64,000 nucleotides of DNA from Myxococcales bacterium (GTDB lineage Bacteria > Myxococcota_A > UBA9042), in assembly GCA_009692425.1 (NCBI GenBank), contig SHZF01000002.1:64992-128991 (forward strand). Direction: 5' to 3'. The translations under genes were made by a program, and so were the position numbers. The notes beneath the pieces were generated by a model that was given only the letters and a program-made list of their open reading frames with translations, had not been told where the DNA came from and made no database searches. This document shows, one piece after another, positions 60,921 to 64,000 of the stretch (position 1 is its first letter; each line of letters starts with the position of its first letter).

Positions 60921-61829
60921 ATGATTCGTCTGCACCAAGTCAGCAAGAGCTACGGGCACGGAACCACCACCGTGCACGCCCTGCGCGACGTGACGCTGCA
61001 CATTGGTGCAGGCGAGTTCGTTGCGATCATGGGCCCGTCCGGCAGCGGTAAGTCCACGTTGCTCAACATCTTGTCTGCCCTCGACGTGCCCACCACTGGG
61101 ACCGTCGCACTGGCCGGGCGAGATGTGGCTGCGCTGTCCGACGATGAGGTCACGCGCTTCCGTCGCGACCGAATCGGACTGATTTTCCAGTTCTTCAATC
61201 TTCTGCCGACGATGACGGCGGTCGAAAATGTGTTGCTGCCTGTTCTGCTGGGCCGACGCGCTACTGCACAGGACGAAGCGCGTGCCGTGACACTGTTGGA
61301 GCGCGTTGGCCTTGGGCACCGACTCCAGCACAGACCGGGCGAACTGAGCGGCGGTGAGATGCAGCGGGTGGCGGTTGCGCGGGCATTCGTGACGGCGCCG
61401 CCGATTCTGCTGGCCGACGAACCCACGGGGAACCTCGACTCCACTTCCGGCGCGGAGGTGTTGCGTTTGCTGCGGCAGGAGGCCGACGAGCGCGGCACGA
61501 CCGTGGTGATGGTGACACACGACGCGCAGGCGGCCCGCGTCGGCACTCGTCTGGTTGTCATTCGCGATGGGCGGGTTCACGATGATAGGCAGACCGTAGG
61601 CCTGCCGGGCCATGGGGAGTTCGGCAACCCTGCAGTATCGTACGCCGATGGCATGGCTGACGACCGCAACAGGCAGGACCAACCCCAAGGCTCGCACGCT
61701 CACAGCAGTTCGGGCAATCACAGTAGTTCGGGCGATTCCGACAGTTCGGGCGATTCCGACAGTTCGGACGATCACGACAGGCCGGCGAGTTCCAAGCGCC
61801 CGGCGATTCAACTGGAGGCGATGGGATGA
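60921..61829 (+). CDS. LolD/MacB-type ABC ATP-binding protein with low-complexity C-terminal tail
   Basis: MGPSGSGKST, FQFFNL, LSGGEMQRV, LADEPTGNLD, VTHD. Confidence 0.9.
   Translation: MIRLHQVSKSYGHGTTTVHALRDVTLHIGAGEFVAIMGPSGSGKSTLLNILSALDVPTTGTVALAGRDVAALSDDEVTRFRRDRIGLIFQFFNLLPTMTAVENVLLPVLLGRRATAQDEARAVTLLERVGLGHRLQHRPGELSGGEMQRVAVARAFVTAPPILLADEPTGNLDSTSGAEVLRLLRQEADERGTTVVMVTHDAQAARVGTRLVVIRDGRVHDDRQTVGLPGHGEFGNPAVSYADGMADDRNRQDQPQGSHAHSSSGNHSSSGDSDSSGDSDSSDDHDRPASSKRPAIQLEAMG
61701..61772 (+). repeat. Four imperfect 18-bp tandem repeats (HSSSGN/HSSSGD/SDSSGD/SDSSDD)
   Basis: cacagcagttcgggcaat cacagtagttcgggcgat tccgacagttcgggcgat tccgacagttcggacgat. Confidence 0.85.
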
Positions 61830-62827
61830 AGTACGAATTCAAGATGCACGGCGTCTCGGTGCGCAGCACGGGCGCCGGCCAGGTGGCACTTTCCCTGGAT
61901 GCGGGCGGCGTCGTTCTCGACACCCACGATTTTGTCGCGCTGTCGCGCATGTTGCAGGCCGTCGCCCTCGTGCAGAGCAGCGCAGCACCGGACGGAGCGC
62001 GCCAACCTGGGCAGCCTGCCCAGCAAGATGGCGCCGGCCCTGCAGCTGCCGTGGTCATCTCTGTGCCCGCCCGCTCCCCCGGTCGCCCCGCGACGGACGC
62101 AACGGGTGGCACGCCCGTCACAGCGGCGCAGGCGACGGGGCCGGCGGCCGCCGTTCGGGGTCCGGGTCGCCCGCGCACCAGCGTGGCAGGCAGCAGCGCT
62201 CCGGCCAAGGCTCCCGCTCCGGCCAAGGCGGCTGCGCAGCCCGATCACACCAGCACGGCGCCGACCGGGCCGGGTCCTGGGCGGCCGCGGCGCGCGGTCC
62301 TCGGTCATGGCCTCGCGATGCCGGGCGATGCAAGCGCCAAGGTGCGGCGCAAGCCGGGTCCCAAGCCGAGGGTTCGCGATGCCAGCGCGCCCTTGCCGGC
62401 CGCGCCGGGCCGTCTCCGCCAGGCGACGCTCGGTGTCGTGGCGACCGGTGCGCCGCCGCCCCGGGAGGGCCCGGCACGCGGGCGTCGGCGTGTTGTGGCA
62501 CCCGGCGAAGACACCGCGGCGCGACGTGGCGGCCCGCGCTTCATCGATCTCGTCGATGGGTGGATGAAACTGAACCCCGGCGCCAAGACCCGTGAGGAGA
62601 TCGTGCGCGCAGCGATCGACAACGGCTGGACCGAGGTCGCCAAGGCCAAGCACCTCGTCGACACGACGATTCCGCGCTTTCGCGAGATTTTCCTGAAGAA
62701 CACGGATGGCTCGTATGTGCGCCGTGCCGAGAAGGAACTTCGCCTGCCCGCAGTCCCTGGCAAGGTGAACCGCCGACGGGGCGGCGTCGAGACGCGCGTG
62801 GCGGGCACGACGACCGAGGCCCAGTAG
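61826..62827 (+). CDS. Basic, disordered protein with AT-hook-like motifs and possible C-terminal winged helix
   Basis: GGAGG RBS and ATGA overlap; SPGRP, RGPGRPR, GPGRPRR, RRKPGPKPR; folded C-terminal segment RFIDLVDGW...EEIVRAAIDNGW. Confidence 0.6.
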   Translation: MKYEFKMHGVSVRSTGAGQVALSLDAGGVVLDTHDFVALSRMLQAVALVQSSAAPDGARQPGQPAQQDGAGPAAAVVISVPARSPGRPATDATGGTPVTAAQATGPAAAVRGPGRPRTSVAGSSAPAKAPAPAKAAAQPDHTSTAPTGPGPGRPRRAVLGHGLAMPGDASAKVRRKPGPKPRVRDASAPLPAAPGRLRQATLGVVATGAPPPREGPARGRRRVVAPGEDTAARRGGPRFIDLVDGWMKLNPGAKTREEIVRAAIDNGWTEVAKAKHLVDTTIPRFREIFLKNTDGSYVRRAEKELRLPAVPGKVNRRRGGVETRVAGTTTEAQ

Positions 62828-62901
62828 GCTATCGGGCCAGCCGGCGCGGAGAAGGCCCCGGCGCGAAGAATCCAACGTACCGTTGCGGGACGCGGTTCCG
62901 A

Positions 62902-63999
62902 CTACTTGAACGCCGGCTCGCGGTCCGTTGCAGGAAAGTGGAACGCCAACGGCAAGTGGACGCGCGCCGCCCACGATGCTTCGTTGTGTTTGGCCCCCTG
63001 CGCGACGTGCCAGCCGAGCGTGCCGCCCATGACCAGACCGAGGCCGACGAGCGCGTCCTTCACCTGCGTCGCGCCCGCCAGCCCGTCTTGAATCGTCCCC
63101 GCATCGATCCAGATGCGGAGCGAGGTGTCCGTCGGCCAGGCCTTCGGCAGCCAGCCCTGGACCGCACCGCCGTTCCACCACCACGACCCGCTCATGCACA
63201 CGGCACCGCCCCACACCTGCGGGTGACCGACCGCGCCGTACAGCGAGACCAGCCCGCCGAGCGACGAACCGCCGAGCACATGCGCCTGCCGTTCGGGGCG
63301 CAGGCGGTATTTCGCATGGACCGCCGGGAGCAACTTCCCCTGCAGCCAGTCGAGGTAGGCGAGGCCCCCACCTCCGTCGCCAACCGACACGTCGTGGCTC
63401 GGGGTATACTCATAGATGCGCTTGGGCCCCGCGTGGTCGACTCCCACGATCACGAGTTCTGCCACCTTGGCCGCGAGGATTCCGGCGTGGGCCGCAGCGC
63501 CCACCTGCCACGACACGCCGAAGCTGGCGGTCGCGTCTTCGAAGACGTTCTGGCCGTCGTGCAGCAACAGCAACGGGTAGGTGGCCAGCGTGTTCTCGTC
63601 GTAGCCAGGTGGCAACCACACGCGCACCGTGCGCGCCGCGCCCAAGGAGCCTGGCAAGCTAAAGTCCTCCCGCCGTGGAGCGGCCATCGCGGGATCGAAC
63701 CAGGGCCACAAAGCCGCGTCCTTCCCCCCATGCACGACCCAGTTCGGCCCGACCGCCCAAGCCCCCGCGCGCATCGGCTTGACGCGCCAGCTGCCCACCG
63801 TCGCAGGCAAAATGAATTTCGCCACGCCCGCCGCGACGGAGGTCGGCGCCAGGTCGGTCGTCCACGACAGCGGCGCATTGTCGCCACGCAACACGATCCC
63901 GGCCGCCTTGGGGTGGTACACGGACACGAATGTTGCGGGCGCCAGCGGCGAGTCGCTGCGCAGTCGCGCGTCGCCGTCGTTGATGTCCGGCCCCGCCCG
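62902..63999 (-). CDS. Putative esterase (alpha/beta-hydrolase), 5'-truncated by window edge
   Basis: VWLPPGY, LHDGQN, GGSSLGG, HNEASWAAR; frame stays open to the window end. Confidence 0.88.
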   Translation of the reverse strand, partial: RAGPDINDGDARLRSDSPLAPATFVSVYHPKAAGIVLRGDNAPLSWTTDLAPTSVAAGVAKFILPATVGSWRVKPMRAGAWAVGPNWVVHGGKDAALWPWFDPAMAAPRREDFSLPGSLGAARTVRVWLPPGYDENTLATYPLLLLHDGQNVFEDATASFGVSWQVGAAAHAGILAAKVAELVIVGVDHAGPKRIYEYTPSHDVSVGDGGGGLAYLDWLQGKLLPAVHAKYRLRPERQAHVLGGSSLGGLVSLYGAVGHPQVWGGAVCMSGSWWWNGGAVQGWLPKAWPTDTSLRIWIDAGTIQDGLAGATQVKDALVGLGLVMGGTLGWHVAQGAKHNEASWAARVHLPLAFHFPATDREPAFK

Positions 64000-64000
64000 C

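Noticed and set aside
60674-61051. Cys-containing 125-aa ORF
   Set aside because: It overlaps the ABC ATPase gene out of frame and has no recognisable motif or RBS.
61701-61772. Repeats as a CRISPR array
   Set aside because: The units are contiguous 18-bp in-frame repeats with no spacers and no cas genes.

Overview
Very GC-rich (roughly 70% by eye) bacterial chromosome segment. A MYXO-CTERM-like tail, Cys-rich repeat lipoproteins and a Hanks kinase point to Myxococcota or related deltaproteobacteria (inference). It holds about 48 densely packed genes. Housekeeping and metabolic genes: prfC, pckA, deoC, dnaB, a liv-type ABC operon, a GldA/F/G-like ABC plus DUF4340 operon, a nucleotide-sugar dehydrogenase and an RNA methyltransferase. 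There are also many secreted or lipoprotein genes: two FG-GAP/ASPIC-UnbV paralogs, a fibrinogen-like protein, a Cys-repeat/LamG protein, a lipase-like protein and a CHAT-like protein. I saw no rRNA, tRNA, CRISPR, transposase or integrase. The best candidate for an undescribed system is the minus-strand unit at 6087-8771. A c-di-AMP (ydaO)-riboswitch-like leader precedes a 95-aa ORF that is a stand-alone homolog of the C-terminal helical tail of the KimA-like K+ transporter encoded 3 nt downstream. Other highlights: a complete eukaryote-type bifunctional PFK-2/FBPase-2, a LivG ATPase with two transmembrane-hairpin insertions, a DeoC with an encapsulation-peptide-like N-terminus, an AT-hook-like protein, two Zn-ribbon/Tudor-like paralogs, and a REP-like doublet that supplies a stop codon. 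All family calls come from motif recognition by eye; no database searches were run.
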